64,000 bases of DNA, taken from Thermoanaerobaculia bacterium. GTDB taxonomy: Bacteria > Acidobacteriota > Thermoanaerobaculia > Multivoradales > Multivoraceae. The stretch is from NCBI GenBank assembly GCA_963664405.1, contig OY761158.1, forward strand, positions 4,512,001 through 4,576,000, read 5' to 3'. Position 1 is the first letter of the stretch; every line of letters starts with the position of its first letter. Below, piece by piece: positions 36,545-46,379 of the stretch. The notes below the pieces were generated by a model, which was not told the DNA's origin, did not search any database, and was given only the letters and a program-made list of their open reading frames with translations. A program made the position numbers and the translations under genes.

Positions 36545-36820
36545 ATGAGCAATACGGACACAGGGCGAGGCCGCACACAGACGTTGGTTGGCATCGTCGT
36601 CGGCGACAAGATGGACAAGACAGTTACCGTTCAGGTAGAGCTAACGGTGGTGCACCGTCTCTACCACCGCTACTCCAAGAAGACACAGAAATACGCGGCC
36701 CACGACGAGACCAATGCGTGCAAAGTCGGAGATCGCGTGGTCGTCGCCTCGATGAGGCCGATGTCGAAGAACAAGCGGTGGCGGGTGCGGGAGATTCTGG
36801 ATCGGGGCGAGGAGAAATAG
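36545..36820 (+). CDS. rpsQ: 30S ribosomal protein S17
   Basis: GIVVGDKMDKTV, RPMSKNKRW. Confidence 0.97.
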   Translation: MSNTDTGRGRTQTLVGIVVGDKMDKTVTVQVELTVVHRLYHRYSKKTQKYAAHDETNACKVGDRVVVASMRPMSKNKRWRVREILDRGEEK

Positions 36821-36823
36821 TCA

Positions 36824-37192
36824 ATGATCCAGATGGGAACAGTGCTCGATGTCGCAGACAACTCGGGCGCAAAAAAGATCGCCTGCATTACGCTGAAGGG
36901 TGGTTCTTCGGGCCGCTATGGCGCCCTGGGAGACATCATCACGGCTTCGGTCAAGGAGGCTACGCCCGATGGCACGGTCAAGAAGGGCCAAGTTGTAAAG
37001 GCGGTGATCGTGCGCACGGCCAAGGAGCATCGCCGTAAAGACGGCAGCTACATACGCTTCGAGAACAATTCGGCCGTTCTTATCGATGAAGGGCGCGAGC
37101 CGGTGGGCACGCGTGTCTTTGGTCCGGTGGCTCGGGAGCTACGCGAGCGTCGCTTCATGAAGATCGTGTCTCTGGCCCCGGAAGTGCTTTGA
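36824..37192 (+). CDS. rplN: 50S ribosomal protein L14
   Basis: [27 protein letters not shown]. Confidence 0.98.
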   Translation: MIQMGTVLDVADNSGAKKIACITLKGGSSGRYGALGDIITASVKEATPDGTVKKGQVVKAVIVRTAKEHRRKDGSYIRFENNSAVLIDEGREPVGTRVFGPVARELRERRFMKIVSLAPEVL

Positions 37193-37202
37193 TTCGGAGG
37201 CG

Positions 37203-37529
37203 ATGATGGCGAAGTTGAAGATAAAGAAGGACGACACCGTCATGGTGATCACCGGCAGAGATCGCGGGGTGAGAGGAAAGGTCATGCGAGTCTTTCCCGC
37301 CACGGGCTCGGTGATCGTCGAGGGCGTCAATATGATCAAGCGCCATACCAAGCCGAATCCCCAGCAGCAGATCAAAGGCGGAGTGGTTGAGAAAGAGGCT
37401 CCGATTCAGGTGTCGAAGCTGATGCTGGTGTGTCCCGAGAGCGGCAAGCTCTCTCGTGTAGGTCGTAAGCGTCTAGATGACGGTACCGGCGCTCGTGTGG
37501 TGAAGAGATCGGGAGCAGTGCTCTCGTAG
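37203..37529 (+). CDS. rplX: 50S ribosomal protein L24
   Basis: [26 protein letters not shown]. Confidence 0.97.
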   Translation: MMAKLKIKKDDTVMVITGRDRGVRGKVMRVFPATGSVIVEGVNMIKRHTKPNPQQQIKGGVVEKEAPIQVSKLMLVCPESGKLSRVGRKRLDDGTGARVVKRSGAVLS

Positions 37530-37555
37530 TTAGAGGGTTGCAGGAGAGAAGAAGC

Positions 37556-38170
37556 ATGGCGAAGAAGGGGCAGAAAGAGAAGGCTGCGGCCGGGAACGGC
37601 ACGGGCGGAGGCCCGGAGCCCCGCATGCGCCGACTTTACGAAGACGAGGTGCGGCCGGCTCTGCAGGAGAAGTTCGCTTTGGCGAATGTGATGGCGGCGC
37701 CGCGGGTTGAGAAGGTGGTGCTGAATATCGGCTTGGGTGAAGCCCGTCGCAACATCAAGCTTCTCGACGGTGCTATGGAAGAGCTCACTGCGATCGCTGG
37801 ACAGCGGCCGACCATCACCCGTGCGAGGAAGTCGATCGCGGCTTTCAAGCTACGTGAGGGCATGCCCATCGGCTGTAGGGTGACCCTTCGTCGCGATCGG
37901 ATGTGGGAGTTTCTCGATCGCCTCATCAACGTCGGTCTGCCGCGGGTGCGCGACTTTCGCGGAGTGCCGGCAAGCAGTTTCGACGGTCGAGGGAGCTACA
38001 CGCTTGGAATTCAGGATCACTTGATTTTCCCCGAGGTGGACTACAACAGGGTCGAGGGGACCAAAGGCATGAACATCACAATCGTCACTTCAGCGGCGAA
38101 CGACGAGCAAGCAGCCTTCCTGCTGACTGGGCTGGGAATGCCCTTCAATCGTGAAGGAGAGGCGGCTTGA
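37556..38170 (+). CDS. rplE: 50S ribosomal protein L5 (short N-terminal extension)
   Basis: [25 protein letters not shown]. Confidence 0.98.
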   Translation: MAKKGQKEKAAAGNGTGGGPEPRMRRLYEDEVRPALQEKFALANVMAAPRVEKVVLNIGLGEARRNIKLLDGAMEELTAIAGQRPTITRARKSIAAFKLREGMPIGCRVTLRRDRMWEFLDRLINVGLPRVRDFRGVPASSFDGRGSYTLGIQDHLIFPEVDYNRVEGTKGMNITIVTSAANDEQAAFLLTGLGMPFNREGEAA

Positions 38171-38189
38171 GCGCCGGGAGATCTTTTCG

Positions 38190-38588
38190 ATGACAATGAC
38201 CGATCCCATCGCCGACTACATGACCAGGATTCGTAATGCTCTGCTGGTCAATCACGATCGAGTCGAGGTTCCGCTCTCGAAGCTGAAGCTCGAGCTGAGC
38301 AATGTCCTCAAGGAAGAGGGCTACATCAGTGACTTCGAAGTCATTGAGGACAGCCCTCAATCCAGGATTCGTATTTTTCTCAGTTACGCTAAAGACGGTA
38401 GTCCCGCAATTACCAAGATGGCGCGGGTATCCAAGCCCGGGCGGCGGGTCTACCGACGGGCCTCGGAGATTAAACCGGTGCTGAGTGGCATTGGAGTCGG
38501 GATCATCTCGACCTCCCGCGGCATGCTGACGTTCGAGAAGGCTCGACAGCAGGGTGTCGGCGGTGAAGTCATCTGTGAGATCTGGTAG
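38190..38588 (+). CDS. rpsH: 30S ribosomal protein S8
   Basis: MTDPIADYMTRIRNA, SKPGRRVY, GGEVICEIW. Confidence 0.98.
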   Translation: MTMTDPIADYMTRIRNALLVNHDRVEVPLSKLKLELSNVLKEEGYISDFEVIEDSPQSRIRIFLSYAKDGSPAITKMARVSKPGRRVYRRASEIKPVLSGIGVGIISTSRGMLTFEKARQQGVGGEVICEIW

Positions 38589-38597
38589 GAGAAGGAA

Positions 38598-39146
38598 ATG
38601 TCTCGCATTGGCAAACTTCCGATCCCGGTACCCAAGGGTGTCACCGTGACCCTCGAGGGGGCCGCGTTTTTGGCGGACGGACCCAAGGGGAAGGTGTCTC
38701 TCGACGTGGTGCGTGGCATCGAGGTGCGGATAGAGGACGGCGTCGTAACTGTGCATCGCGCAGATGACACGGGTCCGTCCAGAGCAAAGCATGGTTTGGT
38801 GCGGGCACTCTTGGCGAACGCCGTACGGGGCGTCGCCGAGGGTTGGTCGAAGGAGCTGGAGATTCAGGGGGTTGGATATCGAGCCGAGTCGAAGGGACGA
38901 GATGTCCATTTCACTTTGGGCTACTCCCACCCGATCGTCTACTCGGTTCCGGAAGGCGTCGAGATCGAAGTCGATGGCAACACGCGACTCGTTGTGCGCG
39001 GCCCGGATCGTCAGGCTGTAGGTCAGGTCGCCGCCGAGATCCGTAAACTGCGAAAGCCGGACGCATACAAAGGAAAAGGCATCCGCTACAAGGATGAAAC
39101 TGTACGCCTCAAGGTCGGGAAGGCAGGCGTGAGCGGGGCAGCATAA
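38598..39146 (+). CDS. rplF: 50S ribosomal protein L6
   Basis: [20 protein letters not shown]. Confidence 0.98.
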   Translation: MSRIGKLPIPVPKGVTVTLEGAAFLADGPKGKVSLDVVRGIEVRIEDGVVTVHRADDTGPSRAKHGLVRALLANAVRGVAEGWSKELEIQGVGYRAESKGRDVHFTLGYSHPIVYSVPEGVEIEVDGNTRLVVRGPDRQAVGQVAAEIRKLRKPDAYKGKGIRYKDETVRLKVGKAGVSGAA

Positions 39147-39147
39147 G

Positions 39148-39534
39148 ATGAGTGATCTCCATAGGAAACGAGTAATACAGAAGCGAGCTCGGCGAGAGCG
39201 CGCTCATCGACGGGTCAGGGCCAAGGTCAAGGGCTCCGAGGAGCGGCCGAGGTTGTGTGTGACCAAGAGTCTGCGTTACATCTACGCTCAGGTGATCGAC
39301 GATCGCTCGGGCCGGACGCTTGCGCAGGCCAACTCACTGGAGAAAGGGCTGCGCGAGGGTCTCGACGGCGCCTGTGGCAACAAGGAGGCGGCCCGCACGG
39401 TGGGTGAGAAAGTAGCCGAGAGATCGCTCGAGCTTGGTATCAAGAAGGTGGTCTTCGATCGAGGCGGGTACGTGTACCACGGCAAGATCAAGGCTCTGGC
39501 CGACGCCGCCCGAGAGAAAGGATTGGTGTTCTAG
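39148..39534 (+). CDS. rplR: 50S ribosomal protein L18
   Basis: [27 protein letters not shown]. Confidence 0.98.
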   Translation: MSDLHRKRVIQKRARRERAHRRVRAKVKGSEERPRLCVTKSLRYIYAQVIDDRSGRTLAQANSLEKGLREGLDGACGNKEAARTVGEKVAERSLELGIKKVVFDRGGYVYHGKIKALADAAREKGLVF

Positions 39535-39586
39535 GAATGCCGAGGCTTAGTAGCGATATGAAAAATGGCCAGCAAGGAGAGTTGCG

Positions 39587-40303
39587 GTGACGACAAGGGA
39601 CGCTGGCGAGCTTTTCGAACAGGTGATTCACATCAATCGTGTCACCAAGGTTGTCAAGGGGGGAAAGAACTTCTCCTTCTCGGCACTCGTGGTGGTGGGC
39701 GATGGTAACGGGCGAGTTGGCTATGGTGCGGGCAAGGCCAAGGAAGTTCCGGTGGCGATCCGAAAGGGTATCGAGATAGCCAAGAAGAACATGATCGCTC
39801 TGACGCTCAAGGGGACCAGTATTCCCCACGAGATTACTGGGGTTTACGGTGCCGGTCGGGTTCTTCTGCGCCCCGCGTCGGAAGGCACCGGGGTCATCGC
39901 TGGAGGTCCCGTCCGCGCGGTTATCGAGACTGCCGGTATTCAGGACATCCTTACCAAGTCGTTAGGGTCGAAGAACCCTCATAACGTAGTGAAGGCTACC
40001 TTCGACGGTCTTTTGCGTCTCCGCACTAGAGAACAGGCCCTGCGGCAGCGAGGCTTCGCCGACGGCGTGCGAGAAGAAGTCGTCGTCGAGCCGGCGCCAG
40101 CCGCGCCTGCCGCTGAGGCCGAAGCGAGCGCGCCTCCGGAGCCATCCGCGGCACCGGTGGTCGTCGAGTCGGTAGCTGAGGAGAGTGCGCCGGTTGTAGA
40201 GCAAACGGCTGCGCCTGAGACCACGCCCGCGGCGGAGACGGCTCCCGATGCCAGCGAGGATGCTGAGGCTGAGACCAAGACTGAAACTGAGACCAGCTCA
40301 TGA
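39587..40303 (+). CDS. rpsE: 30S ribosomal protein S5 with acidic C-terminal extension
   Basis: [24 protein letters not shown]; about 80 aa Ala/Glu/Pro/Thr-rich tail. Confidence 0.97.
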   Translation: MTTRDAGELFEQVIHINRVTKVVKGGKNFSFSALVVVGDGNGRVGYGAGKAKEVPVAIRKGIEIAKKNMIALTLKGTSIPHEITGVYGAGRVLLRPASEGTGVIAGGPVRAVIETAGIQDILTKSLGSKNPHNVVKATFDGLLRLRTREQALRQRGFADGVREEVVVEPAPAAPAAEAEASAPPEPSAAPVVVESVAEESAPVVEQTAAPETTPAAETAPDASEDAEAETKTETETSS

Positions 40304-40494
40304 GCAAGATTCCGACCATCCGTATTCAGCAGACGAAGAGCGCGATCGGAAGCACGCGCAAGCAGCGCGAAGTGCTACGCACTCTGGGTCTGAGAAAACT
40401 CAACCGTGTGGTCGAGCGCCAGGACATTCCTGCCGTCCGAGGCGCGGTCACCAAGATTGCGCATCTGGTCACGATTCTCGAGGAGAAGGAATGA
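40300..40494 (+). CDS. rpmD: 50S ribosomal protein L30
   Basis: KSAIG...LGLRKLN...PAVRG. Confidence 0.96.
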   Translation: MSKIPTIRIQQTKSAIGSTRKQREVLRTLGLRKLNRVVERQDIPAVRGAVTKIAHLVTILEEKE

Positions 40495-40922
40495 AGCTGC
40501 ACGAGCTGGGTCCAAAAAAGGGCAGCCGCCGCGAGCGCAAGCGGGTCGGGCGAGGTCCGGGGTCGGGCGTCGGTAAGACTTCGGGCCGCGGCCACAATGG
40601 GCAGAGGTCGCGCTCTGGTTTCAGTCGCCGCGCGGGATTCGAGGGCGGGCAGATGCCGCTCGTTCGTCGGACGCCGAAGCGCGGCTTCACCAACATCTTT
40701 CGGATCGAGGTCTCGGCCGTGAATCTGTCGCGGCTCGAGGGGCTAGGAGGCGAGATCAGCCCGGAGCTGTTGCAGGAGCACGGTTTGGCTCGGGTGGGCC
40801 GGCCGGTCAAGATTCTTGGCGACGGTGAAGTTACCCAGGCTCTCAAGGTCTCGGCACACCAATTCTCCAAGAGCGCTAGAGCCAAGATCGAAGCTGCCGG
40901 AGGTAGCTGCGAGACTCTATGA
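40491..40922 (+). CDS. rplO: 50S ribosomal protein L15
   Basis: [29 protein letters not shown]. Confidence 0.98.
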   Translation: MKLHELGPKKGSRRERKRVGRGPGSGVGKTSGRGHNGQRSRSGFSRRAGFEGGQMPLVRRTPKRGFTNIFRIEVSAVNLSRLEGLGGEISPELLQEHGLARVGRPVKILGDGEVTQALKVSAHQFSKSARAKIEAAGGSCETL

Positions 40923-42301
40923 TCGATAGCTTTCGCAATATTTTCGCGATCCCGGAGTTGCGCAAGCGGCTGGCCTTTACCTTTGGCCTGCTCGCCGTCT
41001 ACCGGTTGGGTTGCTATATCCCAACGCCCGGTATTGATCCGGACGCTCTTTTGGAGCTGATGGACTCGCTGCGGGGCACAGTGTTCGGCTTCGTCAACAC
41101 CTTTACCGGCGGCAGCCTCGAGCGGGTCGCGGTCTTCGCCCTCGGGATCATGCCCTACATCACCTCTTCGATCATCCTGCAGCTTCTCACGGTGGTGGTG
41201 CCCTACCTGGAGAAGCTCTCCAAGGAAGGTGAGCTTGGGCGCAAGAAGATCACCCAGTACACACGCTATCTGATGGTCGCGATCGCGATCGTGCAGTCTT
41301 TGGGCATCGCATTCTTCTTGGAGAACAGCCCCACCCCTGGCGGCGCTGCTCTGGTCCCCGACACCGGTTGGGACTTCCGAATGATGACGGTTCTGTCGCT
41401 CACCACCGGATGCGCTTTCGTAATGTGGCTCGGCGAGCAGATCACTGAGCGGGGAATCGGCAACGGCATTTCGCTGGTGATCTTCGCCGGTATCGTGGTC
41501 GGACTTCCGCGCGCGATTCTCACCATCATCTCTCAGGTCTCCTCTGGAACCCTCTCGGTTCTCCAGGTCGTGATCCTGGCGGTTTTCATGGTTCTTGTCA
41601 TCGCCTTCATCGTGCGGATGGAGCGAGCCCAGCGACGAATCCCAGTGCAATACGCCAAGCGAATTGTCGGGCGTCGCCAATACGGCGGCCAGAGCACCTA
41701 CCTGCCGCTGCGTTTGAATACCGGTGGAGTCATTCCGGTGATTTTCGCAAGCTCGGTGGTGACGATCCCGCAGACGATCGCGCAGATGATCCCGATCGAC
41801 TGGATGCAGACTGTCGCCGACGCGATTCAATGGGGCCAACCGGTCTACTACCTGCTCTACGTGTCAGCGATCATCTTCTTCTGTTACTTCTACGTTTCGA
41901 TCATCTTCAACCCGGCCGACCTGGCCGAGAACATGCGCAAGTATGGCGGCTTCATTCCCGGCATTCGATCGGGCCGGCGGACCGCGGAGTACATCGATCG
42001 TATTCTCACCCGCCTGACCGTTGTCGGGGCTCTCTACCTAGCGGGGGTCTCGGTGCTTCCGGAGTTCCTCATCGCAGGCTTCAAGGTGAGTGGCATCCCG
42101 TTTATCGGGCCGACTCTCGACTCGATCGCGCCCGCCTGGTTCTCGCAGGGGCTGGGGCTGAACTTCTATTTCGGCGGAACGTCGCTGCTCATCGTTGTCG
42201 GCGTGGCAATGGATACGCTCCAGCAGGTCGAGAGCCAACTGGTGATGCGCAACTACGACGGCTTCATGAAGCGAGGGAGGATGCGTGGGCGTCGTGGCTG
42301 A
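40919..42301 (+). CDS. secY: Preprotein translocase SecY
   Basis: [42 protein letters not shown]. Confidence 0.99.
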   Translation: MIDSFRNIFAIPELRKRLAFTFGLLAVYRLGCYIPTPGIDPDALLELMDSLRGTVFGFVNTFTGGSLERVAVFALGIMPYITSSIILQLLTVVVPYLEKLSKEGELGRKKITQYTRYLMVAIAIVQSLGIAFFLENSPTPGGAALVPDTGWDFRMMTVLSLTTGCAFVMWLGEQITERGIGNGISLVIFAGIVVGLPRAILTIISQVSSGTLSVLQVVILAVFMVLVIAFIVRMERAQRRIPVQYAKRIVGRRQYGGQSTYLPLRLNTGGVIPVIFASSVVTIPQTIAQMIPIDWMQTVADAIQWGQPVYYLLYVSAIIFFCYFYVSIIFNPADLAENMRKYGGFIPGIRSGRRTAEYIDRILTRLTVVGALYLAGVSVLPEFLIAGFKVSGIPFIGPTLDSIAPAWFSQGLGLNFYFGGTSLLIVVGVAMDTLQQVESQLVMRNYDGFMKRGRMRGRRG

Positions 42302-42863
42302 GGTCGTGCGGATCGTTTTTCTGGGCCCTCCCGGCTCGGGGAAGGGTACTCAGGCGGCGTTGCTTGCCGACGAGTGCGGAATGCCGGCGATCTCGACCGG
42401 AGACATGCTGCGCGGGGCGGTCACCGAGGGCAGCGATCTTGGAAGTCGCGTGGAAGGCGTTATGGCGTCTGGAGACTTGGTGAGCGACGACTTGATGGCC
42501 GAGGTAGTTGGCGACCGGCTGGCGCAAGCCGACGCAGACAACGGCTTTCTACTCGACGGATATCCGCGGACCGCTTCTCAGGCCGAGACCCTGGCTGGGA
42601 TCCTCGAAGCCGGGTCACAAACCCTCGATCATGTCGTGTTCATCGACGTTCCCGAGGAGACCCTGGTCGCTCGCGCTCTGAGCCGGAATCGCGCCGATGA
42701 CAAAGAAGAGGTGGTTCGAGAGCGGCTCCGGGTGTACCGAGAGAAAACTCAGCCCCTGGTCGAGTACTATAGGGGGCTCGGCCTGCTGCGCGAGATCGAT
42801 GGCGACCGCAGAATTGGTGAGGTCGAGACGTCGATCCGGCTTGCTCTCGAGGGAAGTGACTGA
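42285..42863 (+). CDS. adk: Adenylate kinase (short-LID type; start uncertain)
   Basis: GPPGSGKGTQ, STGDMLR, FLLDGYPRT. Confidence 0.97.
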   Translation: MGVVAEVVRIVFLGPPGSGKGTQAALLADECGMPAISTGDMLRGAVTEGSDLGSRVEGVMASGDLVSDDLMAEVVGDRLAQADADNGFLLDGYPRTASQAETLAGILEAGSQTLDHVVFIDVPEETLVARALSRNRADDKEEVVRERLRVYREKTQPLVEYYRGLGLLREIDGDRRIGEVETSIRLALEGSD

Positions 42864-43615
42864 TGGTGCTCAAGACTAAAGGCGAGATCGAGCTGATGGC
42901 GGAAGCGAACGCCATTCTCCACGAGGTTCTTGACCTGCTTGGGGAGGTGATCGCACCTGGTGTTACCACCGGCGAGCTCGACCGCATCGCGGAAGAGAGA
43001 ATAAGGGCACGGGGCGCGGCCCCCGGCTTCCTGCACTACAGGGGGTTCCCCGCGACTCTTTGCACTTCTCTGGACGACGTCATCGTCCACGGCATCCCCG
43101 ACGCTCAGCCGCTCAAGGAAGGCGCGATTCTAGGCGTCGACTGTGGTGTGCTCCATCAGGGCTACTATGGTGATGCCGCTCGGACCTTCGCGGTGGGGGA
43201 GATCAGTGCCGAGGCCGCTCATCTACTGGAAGTGACTCGCCGCTCGCTGGAGCTGGCGGTAGAGCAGGCACGACCCGGAAATCGGCTCTCCGACATAGGA
43301 CACGCTGTCGAGAGCTATGTTGTGCCGCAGGGGTACTCGGTTGTTCGTGAGTTCGTGGGGCATGGTATCGGTACGGCGCTGCACGAAGACCCTCAGATCC
43401 CGAACTTCGGGAGGCCTGGGAAGGGGCTTCGCATAGAGCCCGGAATGGTGCTTGCGATCGAGCCGATGGTCAACGTCGGTGGTCCCGGAGTGAAGGTCGA
43501 CACAGATGGTTGGACGGCTCGGACCGCGGATGGCTCGCTCTCGGCTCATTTCGAGTACTCGGTGGCGGTGACCGATGTTGGGCCGCGGATCCTCAACGGG
43601 AGTGCCACGACATGA
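42863..43615 (+). CDS. map: Methionine aminopeptidase type I
   Basis: VHGIP, GHGIG..LHEDPQ, AIEPMV, SAHFE. Confidence 0.97.
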   Translation: MVLKTKGEIELMAEANAILHEVLDLLGEVIAPGVTTGELDRIAEERIRARGAAPGFLHYRGFPATLCTSLDDVIVHGIPDAQPLKEGAILGVDCGVLHQGYYGDAARTFAVGEISAEAAHLLEVTRRSLELAVEQARPGNRLSDIGHAVESYVVPQGYSVVREFVGHGIGTALHEDPQIPNFGRPGKGLRIEPGMVLAIEPMVNVGGPGVKVDTDGWTARTADGSLSAHFEYSVAVTDVGPRILNGSATT

Positions 43616-43630
43616 AGAGAGGTTACTGAG

Positions 43631-43855
43631 TTGGCGAGTAAGGAAGACGCGATAGAGGTCGAGGCGACGGTTGTCGAAACGCTTCCCAATGCAATGTTCC
43701 GGGTCGAGCTCGAGAATAAGCACCTGGCTTTGGCGCACATCTCGGGAAAGATGAGAAAACACTTCATTCGTATCCTGCCGGGAGACCGGGTTCTCGTCGA
43801 GCTATCGCCCTATGATCCCAGTCGCGGCAGAATCGTCTATAGGCTTCGTGGATAG
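43631..43855 (+). CDS. infA: Translation initiation factor IF-1
   Basis: [20 protein letters not shown]. Confidence 0.98.
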   Translation: MASKEDAIEVEATVVETLPNAMFRVELENKHLALAHISGKMRKHFIRILPGDRVLVELSPYDPSRGRIVYRLRG

Positions 43856-43869
43856 AAGAAGGTGAAGAG

Positions 43870-43983
43870 ATGAAAGTACGACCCTCAGTGAAGAGGATGT
43901 GTCCGAAGTGCAAGGTCATTCGACGCCATGGCGTCATCAGGGTGATCTGCGAGAACCCTAAACATAAGCAGCGGCAGGGGTAG
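43870..43983 (+). CDS. rpmJ: 50S ribosomal protein L36 (Zn-binding C+ form)
   Basis: [37 protein letters not shown]; too short for the ORF track. Confidence 0.97.
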   Translation: MKVRPSVKRMCPKCKVIRRHGVIRVICENPKHKQRQG

Positions 43984-43985
43984 CG

Positions 43986-44366
43986 ATGGCACGCATAGCA
44001 GGAATAGATCTTCCCCCTCAGAAGCGAGTGGAAATCGGCCTGACGAGTATCTTCGGCGTCGGCCGCGTGCGCGCAGTCGAGGTCCTCGCAAAGGCCGAGG
44101 TGGATCGAGCTACGAAGGTGAAGGATCTGACCGAAGAGGAAGCCAGGCGCATTCGTAAGGTCATCCAGGACGAGGGTAGGGTAGAGGGCGACTTGCGCAA
44201 AGAGGTGACACAGGACATCAAGCGGCTGATGGAGATCGGCTGCTATCGCGGCGTTCGTCATCGCCGGGGTCTGCCGGTTCGCGGCCAGAGGACACACACC
44301 AACGCTCGCACCCGAAAGGGTCCACGACGGATGTCGGTGGCGGGCAAGAAGACGGTGACCAAGTAG
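43986..44366 (+). CDS. rpsM: 30S ribosomal protein S13
   Basis: [24 protein letters not shown]. Confidence 0.98.
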   Translation: MARIAGIDLPPQKRVEIGLTSIFGVGRVRAVEVLAKAEVDRATKVKDLTEEEARRIRKVIQDEGRVEGDLRKEVTQDIKRLMEIGCYRGVRHRRGLPVRGQRTHTNARTRKGPRRMSVAGKKTVTK

Positions 44367-44382
44367 AGGCTGAGGAGAGGAT

Positions 44383-44781
44383 ATGGCGAAGACTGCAGAA
44401 AAGAAGAGTGGCGGCAAGCGGAAGGAGAAGCGGATCGTTCCTCACGCTGTCGCTCATATTCAGGCCACGTTCAACAACACCCTCATTTCGATTACCGATC
44501 CTGAGGGCAACATAATCACTTGGTCATCGGCTGGGCGCAGTGGTTTCCAAGGCTCCCGTAAGGGAACGCCTTTTGCTGCGCAGGTCGCAGCCCAGGGGGC
44601 AGGCCATCAAGCTAGAGACTTCGGAGTACGCACGGTTGACGTGCTGGTCAAGGGGCCGGGAGCGGGCCGTGAGTCCGCGATTCGGGCACTCCAGACGACT
44701 GGCATCGACGTCAAGTCGATCCGTGACGCGACTCCTATTCCCCACAACGGGTGCCGTCCCCGCAAGCGGCGTCGGGTGTAG
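44383..44781 (+). CDS. rpsK: 30S ribosomal protein S11
   Basis: [21 protein letters not shown]. Confidence 0.98.
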   Translation: MAKTAEKKSGGKRKEKRIVPHAVAHIQATFNNTLISITDPEGNIITWSSAGRSGFQGSRKGTPFAAQVAAQGAGHQARDFGVRTVDVLVKGPGAGRESAIRALQTTGIDVKSIRDATPIPHNGCRPRKRRRV

Positions 44782-44856
44782 AGACCGAGTCTTTACCCGG
44801 TGGACATCGGCGGCGCGCCGCGTCGTCTAGCTACAGCAGAACGAAGGAGTTTACCA

Positions 44857-45846
44857 ATGCTTTGGAAGGGTTTTCAGCGCCCTCAGCTTGTTGAGGTCGA
44901 GCGCAGCACGCTGACCGATACCTACGGCAAATTTTCGGCCCAACCGTTCGAGCGCGGCTTCGCCGTGACCGTCGGGAATGCTCTTCGCCGGAGCCTGCTC
45001 TCGTCTATCGAAGGTGCGGCGATTACGGCGGTTCACATCGAAGGAGTGCTTCACGAGTTCTCCTCACTTTCGGGCGTGGTGGAGGATGTTTCCGACATCG
45101 TCCTCAACCTCAAACAGGTCCCGATTCGGCTTCACAGCGATGAGCCGAAGATCATTGCCATCGATGCGAAAGGCGCCGGCACTGTGACCGCGGGCGACTT
45201 CATTGCTGACCCTCAGGTCGAGATCGCGGACCCCTCGATGCGGATCGCTACGCTCAACGATGAGGGTACTCTCAAGCTCGAGGCTCAGGTCCAGAACGGC
45301 CGAGGCTATGTCAGCGCCGACAAGAACTTCGAAGAGACCATGGGCATAGGTTGGGTGCCGATCGACTCGGTGAACAGCCCGGTGCGCAAGGTCAACTACG
45401 CCGTCGAGTCAGCCCGAGTCGGTCGCTCGACGGAGTACGAGCGTCTGGTACTCGAGGTGTGGACCAACGGTACTGTGAAGCCTGAGGACGCGGTATCGCT
45501 TGCGTCCATGCTGCTCAAGGATCACCTCACTATCTTCATCAGCCTCGAAGAGAGCATGGTGGAGGATCCGGTCATGGAGAGCACTTCCGTGCTCTCCGGT
45601 GTAGCGGCTCTCCTCGCCAAGGAGATCGATGAGCTCGATCTCTCCGTGCGTTCTGCAAACTGCCTCAAGAATGCCAATATCCACACCCTAGGCGATCTCG
45701 TTCGCCGGACCGAGAAGGACATGCTCGAGACCAAGAACTTCGGGCGCAAGTCGCTCGAAGAGCTTCAGGATCTCCTTTCCAAGCTCGGCTTGGGCTTTAG
45801 CATGGACGTCGCGGAGCCGGAACCGGCATCGCCCGTCGTGGTTTAG
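44857..45846 (+). CDS. rpoA: RNA polymerase alpha subunit
   Basis: [37 protein letters not shown]; ATG after AAGGAG. Confidence 0.98.
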   Translation: MLWKGFQRPQLVEVERSTLTDTYGKFSAQPFERGFAVTVGNALRRSLLSSIEGAAITAVHIEGVLHEFSSLSGVVEDVSDIVLNLKQVPIRLHSDEPKIIAIDAKGAGTVTAGDFIADPQVEIADPSMRIATLNDEGTLKLEAQVQNGRGYVSADKNFEETMGIGWVPIDSVNSPVRKVNYAVESARVGRSTEYERLVLEVWTNGTVKPEDAVSLASMLLKDHLTIFISLEESMVEDPVMESTSVLSGVAALLAKEIDELDLSVRSANCLKNANIHTLGDLVRRTEKDMLETKNFGRKSLEELQDLLSKLGLGFSMDVAEPEPASPVVV

Positions 45847-45871
45847 GGCTCAGAAGCGAGGAGCCGAAGCC

Positions 45872-46252
45872 ATGAGACATGCAGTGAAGGGTAGGAAGCT
45901 CGGGCGCACCACCGCTCATCGGCGGGCTCTTTTCCGGAATCAGCTGGCGTCACTGATGACCCATGAGAGGATCGTCACCACCTTGGCAAAGGCCAAGGAG
46001 CTGCGTCCGATCGCCGAGAAGCTGGTTACGAAGGGAAAGAAAGACTCGGTTGCATCACGCCGCCTGGTCCGCCGTTGGCTCGAGAGTCGCGACGACGTCG
46101 GCAGGCTCTTCGATCACATCGCACCCCGTTTCTCGGATCGATCCGGAGGCTATCTGAGGATCGTGAAGCTGGGGCCACGGCAGGGAGACGCTGCAGAGAC
46201 CGCTGCTCTGCAGTTCGTCGACTACGATCCGGAGCGCAAGGAAGAGGAATAG
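45872..46252 (+). CDS. rplQ: 50S ribosomal protein L17
   Basis: MRH...KLGRTTAHR, TTLAKAKELR, GGYLRI. Confidence 0.98.
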   Translation: MRHAVKGRKLGRTTAHRRALFRNQLASLMTHERIVTTLAKAKELRPIAEKLVTKGKKDSVASRRLVRRWLESRDDVGRLFDHIAPRFSDRSGGYLRIVKLGPRQGDAAETAALQFVDYDPERKEEE

Positions 46253-46253
46253 G

Positions 46254-46278
46254 CCTGGGGGGAATCGTTCTCTCCAGG
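46254..46278 (+). terminator. Hairpin after rplQ (putative terminator)
   Basis: cctggggggaa-tcg-ttctctccagg; no U-tract. Confidence 0.35.
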
Positions 46279-46379
46279 GCCGGCTGCATCGCCCGTCCGG
46301 CGTGGCTGCCGCCTGCGCTTCCGCCCTCTTGCTTGCTCGGTGAAGATCCCAGCGGCGAGGGGTCGGTCTTGGGCGCGCC

